The notes below the pieces were generated by a model. It made no database searches. It saw only the letters and a list, made by a program, of their open reading frames with translations, and was not told the DNA's origin. From NCBI RefSeq assembly GCF_003945235.1, contig NZ_RSDW01000001.1, forward strand, positions 5,940,001 through 5,972,000: a DNA stretch of 32,000 nt. Direction: 5' to 3'. Positions 8,401-16,656 of this stretch are shown here, piece after piece. Position numbers and translations under genes: made by a program. The stretch's first letter is position 1, and the number at the start of each line of letters is the position of its first letter. Source of the DNA: Edaphobacter aggregans. Lineage in GTDB: Bacteria; Acidobacteriota; Terriglobia; Terriglobales; Acidobacteriaceae.

Positions 8401-10286
8401 ACACCGGCATGCTGATCGGAATACAGACTTACGGAGTCGGCTTTGACGACAGCACCTTCTTCCAAACCTTTGGTGCAAACACGTCTGAGCCCGGGCCTCC
8501 CGTATTATTGTCCCCGCGCGCTGGCCCGCTGAGCGGCGGAACTGTTTCGGGTCTTTATGGCGCATATGATCTCACTCCGGATGTTTGGTACGGACCGAAT
8601 CGCGGCACGGCGAGTTTAAGTGCGAGTAATACTTTGACAGTGACCTCGCCGCCAGGTAATGCAAATGGACCGGTGAATTTGAAGTACATCTACCCCAGTG
8701 GTGCGGAGGTCTTCACACCGCAGGCCTTCTCCTATTCGGCGTATCCGCAGTACTCCATTTTGTCGGGGGCATCGCCTGATGGCGGAGTAGCGGGACGCAT
8801 CTCTGGCTACGGCATGCCGGCCGATGCGAGTGGAGGGACAATCACCATTGGCGGTCGGGCGGCGACGATTACCACGACTGTTGGACAATATCCTCCGTAT
8901 ACGGGCGAGGCTTTCCCTTCGACCTATCTCGACTACACGATTCCCTCGGGCAACCCTGGCTTTGCCGATCTGGCCATCACCACGCCGATTGGTAACGGAG
9001 TTCTGCCCAAAGCAGTTTTCTACGCTAAGAGCGTTACGGACTACAACTCCGCCGATACATTCACCGACGTGTTATATGACTCTGTGCGACAACAGGTTTA
9101 TCTCTCGACAAATGATCATATCGATGTTTTTTCAATGATCTCAAACCAGTGGCTCACACCTTTGAAACCAGCAACGCTAGGGGCACAGTCGCAATTCAGG
9201 GGGTTGGCCCTCACTCCGGACGGAAGCCAGTTACTAGCGGCCAATATGCTGGATAACTCGCTAGGAGTGATTAGTCCAGACAATCCTTCGCAGACGTTTG
9301 CCATCGCGATCCCTGCTGCCCAGTCAGGGGGGACGGGCTGCGGGACCGGACCATTCTCGGTCTCTGCTCTGGCTGGTAATAGAGCATTTGTGACGAGCGG
9401 ACTTCCGACGGGGATCGGTGGGTGCCCTTACGAAAACACACTCTATGTTGCGAATCTTCAGACACGTACGATTGCGACAGCCGCTTCACTGTCGATTCCG
9501 CAGGAGCTTTACTGTGCGTCGTGGCCGCCAAACGCGGCAGGCACAACCGAGGCGTCGGCAGACGGAAGCCTCTCAATCGTAGGGACCTATCAAGGCGGGA
9601 CCTGCTTTTACTCCACAGTGAGCAATTCGTTCACCTACGGACATGCGGGTGCTCTGAACTACTATGGAGTCTCCATCGCGGGGGATGGCACTATCGCCGC
9701 AGTGGGGAACGCGTTTAGTGATGCATTAGGAAATATGGTGGGCAGTGTGGCTCGTCCAGCTGTGCTCTACAGCGGTATCACTGTAACTCCCTACCCGCTG
9801 AACAATTACCCTCCCAACACCTTGCAGAGGCCCAGGCTCAACGCGGCTGGAAGCCTTTATTACTGGGCCTACCCAAACTTCTTTGACATTATTGACGTTT
9901 CCACAGGCATCCTCCGTTTGCGATTTTCCCTTGCCGAGACAGTACAAAATGTCGAGACACCGATCGCAATCGACCAGGGCGGCCGGCAGATATTCCTGAT
10001 CACCGATAAAGGTCTCACTGTCGTCGATTTGGGATCTGCTCCTCTTTCGGTCGGTCATTTAAGCCTATCTACCGCCTCTGCCGGGACTCAGGTTCAGATT
10101 CGCGGAAGCGGCTTCCAATCGGGCATTACAGTCACTGTTGGAGGACAGGCCGCGACGGTTAGCTTTAACGATGAAAACACTCTGACGATCACGATTCCTG
10201 CCCAGTCTTCGGGAATCAAAGATTTAAAATTGACGAATAGTGATGGCTCGACTTACGTCTTGCAAAGCGCGATCGCGGTCCCGTGA
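5418..10286 (+). CDS. Giant surface lipoprotein with IPT/TIG (Ig-like) repeats and two beta-propeller regions
   Basis: 1622-aa ORF with a lipoprotein signal peptide (LGLYCVIFCLAIVGC, lipobox IVGC).
- About 5535-6893: five consecutive ~90-aa IPT/TIG-like repeats.
- To about 7530: two further Ig-like modules.
- About 7540-8470: a YVTN/YncE-like beta-propeller stretch (DGSTLWIGTNSQQVFAMD...).
- About 8497-9035: two IPT-like modules.
- About 9040-10040: a second propeller-like region.
- 10045-10283: a terminal IPT module (GTQVQIRGSGFQSGITVTVGGQAATV...). Confidence 0.88.
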   Translation: MKTWLLSPIRLGLYCVIFCLAIVGCGGPGSSQNSSPPVVPLAIQSITPSSVPVGSAPLTITISGTGFTTSSLVTVNGTQVPTVYVSAAQLQATIPAGQIASGTQLQVGVANGAGSATGTTVTLVVDNPAPVLQGVAPSTIVAGTSSASLTLTGSGFVPTSIASFNGSTRTTTFTNGTQVTVSLTAADLAVAANATITVTNSAPGGGTSSGQQLNIVNPLPTLKFVSPSSIPAGSQATSIDIVGTNFLPTAIVFWNNTTLTSTYISSTELNATVPATSLATGATASVTVANPVPGGGVSAPFNLSVVSPKPVLNSILPGNVSTGSASATINLTGSGFETNSVVQWNGSARPTTFVSMTSLQVTLSSADLMNSGTGKLTVTNPVPGGGSSSASTLNITSFPIPAIQAITLSAQAAAGCSTIQATITGTNLASGDTVQLNGVSLRASQIYVPTANNYGLLVSLPASAIPQSGPLNFTVSNNFFSPAVSDPYTLPVTTPAIVALCSSPAPANVYANTSFTVSLTAAEINSTIVPTVSLGALPIGITLTSPGWISIPTSGVALTFMASASVVPGTYSIPITGQAGSLSLTGSISLNVQSGLPPNFFFSQPLFRELGVPIGGSNQIQFNAIANGADYNIVPSISGLPPGTTATVTPSTIIPGQSVTVVITASSTAPASRNVSVTLTGTPVVPVSSSQIAFLVDVTPAPGSLPGNRTDFVSIGGTPYSVVYDRPMNLIFASNPSWNRIDIISNKTHLLQQSIAVRGPQALDVSQDGSTLWIGTNSQQVFAMDTTTFALTRYQLPPISGGSWEDNQLLALADGTLLLDVSPAAGDGIWINAVWTPGTNQVTVLGSTDYFNLRSGDGTKAYGTTYASGYTSVVYSVATKALTNLPLIGQGYNLVAVNQDGSRLVGGDNGLYDGSAQPIGKLPAYLSSFSFPEYGATVFSPDGTTLYQIASGGGSFIATIDVASLSLKGLAPALATLPNGVSETPVETSGVSVDNTGMLIGIQTYGVGFDDSTFFQTFGANTSEPGPPVLLSPRAGPLSGGTVSGLYGAYDLTPDVWYGPNRGTASLSASNTLTVTSPPGNANGPVNLKYIYPSGAEVFTPQAFSYSAYPQYSILSGASPDGGVAGRISGYGMPADASGGTITIGGRAATITTTVGQYPPYTGEAFPSTYLDYTIPSGNPGFADLAITTPIGNGVLPKAVFYAKSVTDYNSADTFTDVLYDSVRQQVYLSTNDHIDVFSMISNQWLTPLKPATLGAQSQFRGLALTPDGSQLLAANMLDNSLGVISPDNPSQTFAIAIPAAQSGGTGCGTGPFSVSALAGNRAFVTSGLPTGIGGCPYENTLYVANLQTRTIATAASLSIPQELYCASWPPNAAGTTEASADGSLSIVGTYQGGTCFYSTVSNSFTYGHAGALNYYGVSIAGDGTIAAVGNAFSDALGNMVGSVARPAVLYSGITVTPYPLNNYPPNTLQRPRLNAAGSLYYWAYPNFFDIIDVSTGILRLRFSLAETVQNVETPIAIDQGGRQIFLITDKGLTVVDLGSAPLSVGHLSLSTASAGTQVQIRGSGFQSGITVTVGGQAATVSFNDENTLTITIPAQSSGIKDLKLTNSDGSTYVLQSAIAVP
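5535..6893 (+). repeat. Protein-level tandem array of five ~90-aa IPT/TIG-like modules
   Basis: A recurrent pattern P.P.L..(I/V).P..(V/I).(A/T)GS....(L/I).(L/I).G.GF...S.V..NG......(F/Y)(V/I)S...L.(A/V)T(L/V)....L......(A/L).(V/I)TV.N(P/S).PGGG.S....L.(I/V). The repeats have diverged at DNA level, so this is not a nucleotide tandem repeat. Confidence 0.75.
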
Positions 10287-10601
10287 CTTCAGACCTTTTG
10301 CGAATTGACCCACCGATCGCCGTACGATTGCCAGTGACAGAGGCTGAGGCAGCGATGAAGTTGGCGAAACCGCGGACCGTGCGGTCGGCTTGCGGGAAAG
10401 TGATCTGGCTCCACTTGTCCGAGAAACGGTCATATCGGACGAGTGGATCGCAGAGCAGACACTTGTCCGATTTGCCGAGATATCGTCCAGTAGACTGGGT
10501 CAGCTCGGTCCTCATCATACGCATACCAGCGCCCAGCTTCTGGAACGAATAGCCTTCATTTCGTGTATTTGGGTCGTACCACCGTCGCCCATTTCCTTAT
10601 T

Positions 10602-13600
10602 TCAGAAGATGTATTTAGCCGCCAACTGCGCCCGCCGAGGCGAGCTGTTGATGACTCCATCCGTCGCTGGATTCAGCCGCATAAACACCGTCGATGTAAT
10701 CAATTGCGATCCCGTAGTGTCATAGGTCACATTATTGAAGACATTCTGTACCTCAAACCGCAGCTGCAACGACTGCTCTTTATAGGTCCGGAACGACTTC
10801 GAAAGATTCGCATCCATACTCCATATCGCATTCTGCCGAAGCCAATTTCGTCCGATATTCCCGAACTGACCAGCAGCCGGGATAGTGAACATAGCTCGTT
10901 GAGCAGCCGTCAGGAAGAACGTCTGTGACCCGGATGAAGTTGTCTCTGTGTGGACCTTACCCATATGAGCGTTGCAGGTACCCGTACACATAGCCGGCGT
11001 CTGCACGCTGCCCGAATACGTATTCGATCCCGAGAAGATCGTAAGTGGTCGTCCTGATTGCCAGACGCCATTCCCTGAGATCTGCCATCCACCGGCAAGA
11101 AGGTCTGCCGCCCGGTTCCACTGCGACCCGAAGTGCCTGCCGTGACCGAAGGGCAGATCAACCACGTAGTAGCCAGTGATGACATGCGTATTGTCGAAGT
11201 CCGCCGCAGCATAATTCAGCGCTGGCTTACGGTAATCAAACGGTGTAGCGGCAGCTGATTGCGAACTCCCCGTACCCACAAGGGTGAACGTCGGATCGAA
11301 CGAACGCGTATCCAGCGTCTTCGAGTACGTATAGTTTGCCGTCACTAAGAAGCCCGACGAGAAGCGCTTCTCAAACTGCAGTTGCAACCCGTTGTAGTTC
11401 GAGTAGTCCCGTGACTGCAAGACAAAGAGCCCTCCAAGATATTGCGAATATGGCTTGAAGAACCCAGCGGGCAATCCTGACGACACCACCAACGGCACGC
11501 CGTTCGGATTCGCCGTAGTCGAATTCTGCAAGCGTGTAGCCAGCGAGTTCGCCAGTCCCGCAACATTGTTCGTGCTCAGGTTCGAACTATAGTTGCGCTT
11601 GATGAACGCGGTGCCCGTCTCACCGGTCAACCTGCGTGTATCCGACGAGATGATCTGCGTCATCAGCGGACTATCCTGACCTGCTTGCACCTGTTGAAAC
11701 GCCGTCAGGAACCCGTTCGAGTTGATCTCCGACTGGTTCGAATCGTACCCCCCGTACAAATGCGTTCCATGATTCCCGATGTACGTGATCGTGAACGCTG
11801 CATTCTTGAAGAGCTCACGCTGAATGCTCAGCCCCCACATCGCAACCGTCGGTGTTTGCAAGTGAGGATCGGAGACGGTGAGTGAATTTGCGCTGTAAGC
11901 CAGAGGCGTGGTCAAAGCCAGTGGCGTCGCTGTCGGAGAAGGCGGAGCCCAGCCAGTCGCGCGCAGCCCCTGCGTCCCGGTCGTAAAATTGTCCTGGCCG
12001 ATGGTTGAGTTCGTAACCTGGTAGGTCAATCCCGGCATTCCCTGAAACACCGACGACGAGAACGAGAAGGAATTGATGCGGTCGAACGCCATGCGGAAGT
12101 TGCCCCGAATCGACATCTTTCCATCCTTGAACGGATCCAGCGCAAACCCAACCGAAGGACCAAAATTCGTCCATCGATTATTCATGAACGGCCCATGGAC
12201 AAACTGGAGCGTCTGCGTCAATGGCGTACCGTACAGCACCGACTGGTTCGGCACAAGCCCCGGGAAGCTGTGCAGATTCGGCGCCATTCGCGCGTCCAGT
12301 CGCAGGCCGTAGTCGACCACCAGATTTGGCAAAACCCTCCACGTGTCCTGCCCATAGAAGTCATACTCCGGCCAGCGATGGTCCATGTTGTTGATCGTCC
12401 CCGCCGGTTTGAATGCCGAGAGATCCGCCTGCGCAACATAGCCGGCCTGCAGCGAGCCCACCCTCCCCAGCAAATCATTGAGTGCACTGTTCAGATTAGG
12501 CAAGTCGTTGCTTGTATTGATTCCGCTCGTTGGCGTCTTGTACTGCGTCGTACTCGCAGGATTCGAGCTCGTGCTAAACGTCACCTGCGGAATCCCATTC
12601 AGCGACCCGATCGATCCGCGCTCATCAATCTGCCGCCCATAGCGGAAGTTGATGCCCGCCTTGATGACGTGCGCTCCCTTCACCTTCGTCACGTTGTCCA
12701 CCAGCTGAAACGTCGTCAAATACCGGTTGTTTCCCAGATAGGCGTTCAGCGGAGCCGTTACAAGATTCGGATTGAAAGGCGTCTTCTGATTGGCATCGAT
12801 CGCAGGATTCTCAAACCGGTACCCAAACCGATTCATGCCGACCACAAACTCGTTCGTCAATGTGGGCGTCGGACTCCAACGATAGTTCACCGCAAGGTTC
12901 CGCGGCAGGCGGAAAGTGTTCACCAAAGCAGGCAGCCCTGGAAACGCGGGTAGACCAGCATTCACAACGTCCGCATACGTGTTTTGATGACCCGAGACCC
13001 AGCGTACATACGCAGAATTTCGTTCGTTGAACGTGTAATCGATCTTAAAGGTGACGTCCACCTGTCTGTCTGTTGATGGAGCGACAAAGTTGTAGCCCGC
13101 ATAGTTCAACCCATCACCCGACTGAAACGTATTCGGCAGCGGAGCCAGCGCGAGAAAGCTCTTCATCGCCGGATCAAGCCCCTTATGGAACGGGTCGTTC
13201 GCGACCATGTCATAGGTGGTGTAAGGAACAATGGCATTGCCGCTCCCATCCACGGAGGCGCCGGAGACTCCAGCCGGCTGATTGCGCCCGCTCGAGGCAT
13301 ACCGGAAGAGACCCTGCCGCGCCTGCGCCGTATACACCGTGCGCGAGGCCAACGTACTCGTCAGCGCGTGCAGCAGTTCTACGTTGACGAAGAAGAATGC
13401 CTTGTCCTTGAAGATTGGGCCGCCCAGCGATCCGCCGCCAAGATTCTGCACATACTGCGACCTGCCAAGACCTGCGGCCTTGTTCTGCGGAGTGTTCGCC
13501 CGCAAAAACGGAGACTGATAAAACCAGAACAGGTTGCCGTGCCACTGGTTCGTCCCCGACTTCGTGACCATGATCACCTGCCCGCCCGAGTTGCGTCCAA

Positions 13601-14291
13601 ACTCAGCCGTAGGTGCCGACGTGATCACGCGAAACTCCGAGAGCATATCCGGATTCTGGTGCGGTGGAGACGTGTTCGAGCCGCCCGACGAGCTCTCGTT
13701 TGCGTCGATGCCGTCCATCACATAGTTCCACGCGCGGTCCCGCGATCCATTGACGCTTATGCCGCCGCCCGTGGCGTTCGCGCCATTCACCACAACGCCC
13801 GGAATAAACTGCACCAGTCCCAGAGGATTGCGCCCCCGGGTCCCGACGATTGGCAGTTGGGTCATCGTGATGCTGTCAATCGCCCCCCCAAAGTTGCCCG
13901 ATGACGCCGTCTGCACCAGGTCGAATCCGCCTTCAACCTGAACCATCTCAGTCGAGGTTCCAATCTGGAGCTTGGGATCCACGCTGGTAGGAACTCCGAT
14001 CGCCAGCACATTGCCCGTGGAGATGAATTGCTTGAATCCTGGAGCCTCCACCTTGATCGTGTACGTACCCACCTGCAGCAGATCGAACGTGTAGGTTCCG
14101 GAACTAGAAGTTTTTGTCACGAAAACCCCACTCGTACCCTCATTCGTAGCGGTCACAGAGGCGTTCGCCACTACGGCGCCCGAGGAATCCGTTACCTGGC
14201 CAGAGATACGGCTGGTTGTTCCCTGTGCGATGGCAAGAGCGGTAGACAAAAACGAGACCGTGAAAAATACGAATAGCTTTCTGTATGACAT
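10602..14291 (-). CDS. TonB-dependent outer-membrane receptor with N-terminal carboxypeptidase-regulatory-like domain (TBDR1)
   Basis: - Signal peptide: MSYRKLFVFFTVSFLSTALAIAQG.
- CarboxypepD_reg-like beta-sandwich: ISGQVTDSSGAVVANASVTATN...GTYTIKVEAPGFKQF.
- Plug-like motifs: QLPIVGTRGRNPLGLVQFIPGV and SVNGSRDRAWNYVMDGIDANE.
- Long beta-barrel ending in an aromatic residue (AAKYIF).
- Start moved to ATG 14291 (GAGGAGG 5 nt upstream) rather than 14312. Confidence 0.9.
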   Translation of the reverse strand: MSYRKLFVFFTVSFLSTALAIAQGTTSRISGQVTDSSGAVVANASVTATNEGTSGVFVTKTSSSGTYTFDLLQVGTYTIKVEAPGFKQFISTGNVLAIGVPTSVDPKLQIGTSTEMVQVEGGFDLVQTASSGNFGGAIDSITMTQLPIVGTRGRNPLGLVQFIPGVVVNGANATGGGISVNGSRDRAWNYVMDGIDANESSSGGSNTSPPHQNPDMLSEFRVITSAPTAEFGRNSGGQVIMVTKSGTNQWHGNLFWFYQSPFLRANTPQNKAAGLGRSQYVQNLGGGSLGGPIFKDKAFFFVNVELLHALTSTLASRTVYTAQARQGLFRYASSGRNQPAGVSGASVDGSGNAIVPYTTYDMVANDPFHKGLDPAMKSFLALAPLPNTFQSGDGLNYAGYNFVAPSTDRQVDVTFKIDYTFNERNSAYVRWVSGHQNTYADVVNAGLPAFPGLPALVNTFRLPRNLAVNYRWSPTPTLTNEFVVGMNRFGYRFENPAIDANQKTPFNPNLVTAPLNAYLGNNRYLTTFQLVDNVTKVKGAHVIKAGINFRYGRQIDERGSIGSLNGIPQVTFSTSSNPASTTQYKTPTSGINTSNDLPNLNSALNDLLGRVGSLQAGYVAQADLSAFKPAGTINNMDHRWPEYDFYGQDTWRVLPNLVVDYGLRLDARMAPNLHSFPGLVPNQSVLYGTPLTQTLQFVHGPFMNNRWTNFGPSVGFALDPFKDGKMSIRGNFRMAFDRINSFSFSSSVFQGMPGLTYQVTNSTIGQDNFTTGTQGLRATGWAPPSPTATPLALTTPLAYSANSLTVSDPHLQTPTVAMWGLSIQRELFKNAAFTITYIGNHGTHLYGGYDSNQSEINSNGFLTAFQQVQAGQDSPLMTQIISSDTRRLTGETGTAFIKRNYSSNLSTNNVAGLANSLATRLQNSTTANPNGVPLVVSSGLPAGFFKPYSQYLGGLFVLQSRDYSNYNGLQLQFEKRFSSGFLVTANYTYSKTLDTRSFDPTFTLVGTGSSQSAAATPFDYRKPALNYAAADFDNTHVITGYYVVDLPFGHGRHFGSQWNRAADLLAGGWQISGNGVWQSGRPLTIFSGSNTYSGSVQTPAMCTGTCNAHMGKVHTETTSSGSQTFFLTAAQRAMFTIPAAGQFGNIGRNWLRQNAIWSMDANLSKSFRTYKEQSLQLRFEVQNVFNNVTYDTTGSQLITSTVFMRLNPATDGVINSSPRRAQLAAKYIF

Positions 14292-14708
14292 AAAGCCTCC
14301 TCGGACGTTCATGCCCCAACGGGGCGCAGTTGAAAAAGATCGATCTACACGCGCTATGGAAGAACAACAAAATACAGCAATCGAATCGGATTGGCGAATT
14401 TTGCTAAAAAAGACTCAGCTACCGCCGCCCTCCTGTCACTCGACTGTGCCGCAGCTAGTGGCCCAAACAGACTGGCGCTCCCGCTGTGGGGTTATGGATT
14501 TCGGATTGGCGGGTGAAGATCGCGGATCTGTTTCATAGCATCTAGTGGTGAGGGTGAGAATCTAATCCTTCCCCTACCTGTAACTCCAAGCTAGGATGCA
14601 CTCTATGGCCCGAAGGAATGTCACATGTCAGATCGCTGGGGTTTGGCCGTTGGACGCAAATGATGGTCACCAGGCTTTAGGCCGGAAGGCCCCCGGGCTA
14701 CCGCTAGT

Positions 14709-16649
14709 TCAGGGATGCGGTGGCAGCTGCTTGTCTTGCTCCATTAGACCGCTCGCTGCTGTTTGTTTACGCTGCGACAAAGCCTTCGACTTCTCAAAGG
14801 CGTCGGCTGCCAACTTCCCCTCGCCGGATTTCTGATAAAGTCTTCCAAGCTGAAAATGCGCGGACCCATCGTCGTCGCTCGACAAGCCTGCCTTGAACTC
14901 TTCGATAGCGCGGGCTGTATCGCCCTGACCTGCATAGACCTGTCCCAGTAGTACGTGGACACGCGGGACCAACTCTGCCTTGGCTACGAGGGCTGCCTTC
15001 AAATAAGGCTCCGCTTCGGGATAACTATGCTTCGCAATCATGACCTCGCCCATCACGTAATTCGCCTCCGAGTCAGAAGGGTTTTCCGCCAGCGCTCTCT
15101 GGATCATCTCCGCAGCAGGATCGATTCTCTGTTCCTGCAAATAGTTCGCCGCAGCCCCGATCAACGCAGCAAACTCCCTCGGATTGATATCCAGCGCGAC
15201 CTTGTATTCGGCTTCGGCATCGCTGAACTTGCCCCGGTCGCGATAGCTCTCCGCTAGCAACTCATGCAGTCGAATGGAGTCTGGTTCCACCTCGCCTGCA
15301 TAGATTAAATACAGAACTGCCAAGCGCTGCTCCGCCCGAATCGACCAGTAAAGGCCGACCTCCTCGGCGTGATAGGCCTGACGAAGCCTCTTCGCGGCCG
15401 CAAGAGTCGTTTGAAATTCACCCGTATAGAAAGAGCACGCTGCGAGCAGCGAAAGCTTATCTCGCGAAAGTGTAGTCAGCGCAGGTAGAAGGCTCTTCGT
15501 GCATCTCCAATACTCACGACGCGTGTAATAGTCCTGTGCGCGCTGCGAAGGAGTGACGTCCACTACGGAACCGTCCGACTCATAGCCATCGACTGCCAGG
15601 GTTCTTCCGCCCTGAAGCGACAATCGCAACATGGAAACAGCTCCAGCGGGGAGATCGGCCGAGCTTGCCTGCGCAAGAGCCTGGTCGAAGTTGCTTATCT
15701 GCTCTGCCGGCATCTCGATCGTCAGGACAGAGGCATGTGCTCTCAGAAATCCCGGGTCCAGCTCCCAAAGAGCGCCAAGCGATTGAATCGCAAGCTGTGT
15801 CTCGCCTCGTGCAAGAGCAAGACGTATCAATCCAAGCTCAGCCAGCGAGCACCCTCCGGACTTCTGATCCTTCTCTAATTCATTCTGCGCCTCCGAGACC
15901 TCTCCGCGCCGAATTAAAACCAGGCCCAGCGAAGCTCGGCTGCAAGGGGGAGCATCAGGAACAGCGAGCAGCTTGCGATACGTCTCTGTCGCTTCCACCA
16001 GCTTTCCCTGATCGTTGAGCGACTCTGCATTGAGTTCCTGAAAGTACGGCGACTGGCGATTCAGTGCAGCAAACTCGCCCGATGTAGCTTCGGCAATCTC
16101 CAGATGTGTCACACCGCGCCTATACCAAGCCTCACCACTTTTCTTGTTAAGTTCCGTCGCCCGCCGATAGGCGAGCGATGCGTTCTCGAATTGCTTCAAT
16201 CCGAAATACGCTCGCCCAAGACCCATGTAGACCTCGGGATCGTTCGGATGGAGTTGCCGTGCCGTAGATAGATAGCGGACCGCCTCCGCTCGATTTCCTA
16301 GTTGAAGATTTTCCAAGCCAAGGAAGAGAACCGGCACAAACAACTTTGGCTGCAATTTGTTCGCGGTTCTAAAACTCACCATCGCTCCGGAAGAATCTCC
16401 CGCTTGATGCTGCATCAGACCAAGATTCGCCCACACTTCCGGAACATCCTGTCGAATCGCCACCGCCCCTTGATACGCCGCGATGGCAGCAGGTATGTCA
16501 CCCGCAGACTGCGCCTTCACTGCATCTTGTAAATGCGATTCAAAGTCACCTTGGCCGAAGACGCTGCCCACCGACAACAGAAGAAAGAAAAAACAGTCTC
16601 TTAGTTTTCCGAACAAGCCTCTTCGAGGTGGGTGCTCGCAGCGATTCAT
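14709..16649 (-). CDS. Secreted tetratricopeptide-repeat (TPR) protein
   Basis: Signal-peptide-like N-terminus (FFFLLLSVGSVFGQG) followed by many TPR-type repeats (e.g. AIAAYQGAVAIRQDVPEVWANLGLMQHQAGD, AVRYLSTARQLHPNDPEVYMGLGRAYFGLKQ). The start is placed at ATG 16649 (GGAAGG RBS), 7 nt after the GH31 stop, so it is probably co-transcribed with it. Confidence 0.8.
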   Translation of the reverse strand: MNRCEHPPRRGLFGKLRDCFFFLLLSVGSVFGQGDFESHLQDAVKAQSAGDIPAAIAAYQGAVAIRQDVPEVWANLGLMQHQAGDSSGAMVSFRTANKLQPKLFVPVLFLGLENLQLGNRAEAVRYLSTARQLHPNDPEVYMGLGRAYFGLKQFENASLAYRRATELNKKSGEAWYRRGVTHLEIAEATSGEFAALNRQSPYFQELNAESLNDQGKLVEATETYRKLLAVPDAPPCSRASLGLVLIRRGEVSEAQNELEKDQKSGGCSLAELGLIRLALARGETQLAIQSLGALWELDPGFLRAHASVLTIEMPAEQISNFDQALAQASSADLPAGAVSMLRLSLQGGRTLAVDGYESDGSVVDVTPSQRAQDYYTRREYWRCTKSLLPALTTLSRDKLSLLAACSFYTGEFQTTLAAAKRLRQAYHAEEVGLYWSIRAEQRLAVLYLIYAGEVEPDSIRLHELLAESYRDRGKFSDAEAEYKVALDINPREFAALIGAAANYLQEQRIDPAAEMIQRALAENPSDSEANYVMGEVMIAKHSYPEAEPYLKAALVAKAELVPRVHVLLGQVYAGQGDTARAIEEFKAGLSSDDDGSAHFQLGRLYQKSGEGKLAADAFEKSKALSQRKQTAASGLMEQDKQLPPHP

Positions 16650-16656
16650 AACCTTC

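Noticed and set aside
10283-10552. 89-aa + strand ORF whose GTG overlaps the TGA of the giant gene (GTGA), suggesting translational coupling
   Set aside because: The translation is Arg/Ser-rich and not protein-like. The opposite strand shows the better codon bias over the same interval (see the remnant finding). The GTGA overlap is probably coincidental.
14292-14312. Upstream in-frame ATG or alternative starts offered by the ORF track for several genes: 14312, 16697, 19311, 21237, 27107, 2888
   Set aside because: In each case a downstream start has a better Shine-Dalgarno match, yields a normal signal peptide or family-typical N-terminus, and avoids overlap with the neighbouring gene. The longer versions remain possible alternatives.
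14313-14708. 396-bp region between TPR and TBDR1, including track ORFs 14230-14538(+) and 14596-14835(+) and a short GGCC-TTCC-GGCC hairpin after the TPR stop
   Set aside because: The ORFs have no motifs or RBS. The hairpin has only a 4-5 bp stem and no U-tract on the relevant strand, so I do not call a terminator or a gene. The region is presumably the TBDR1 promoter/leader.
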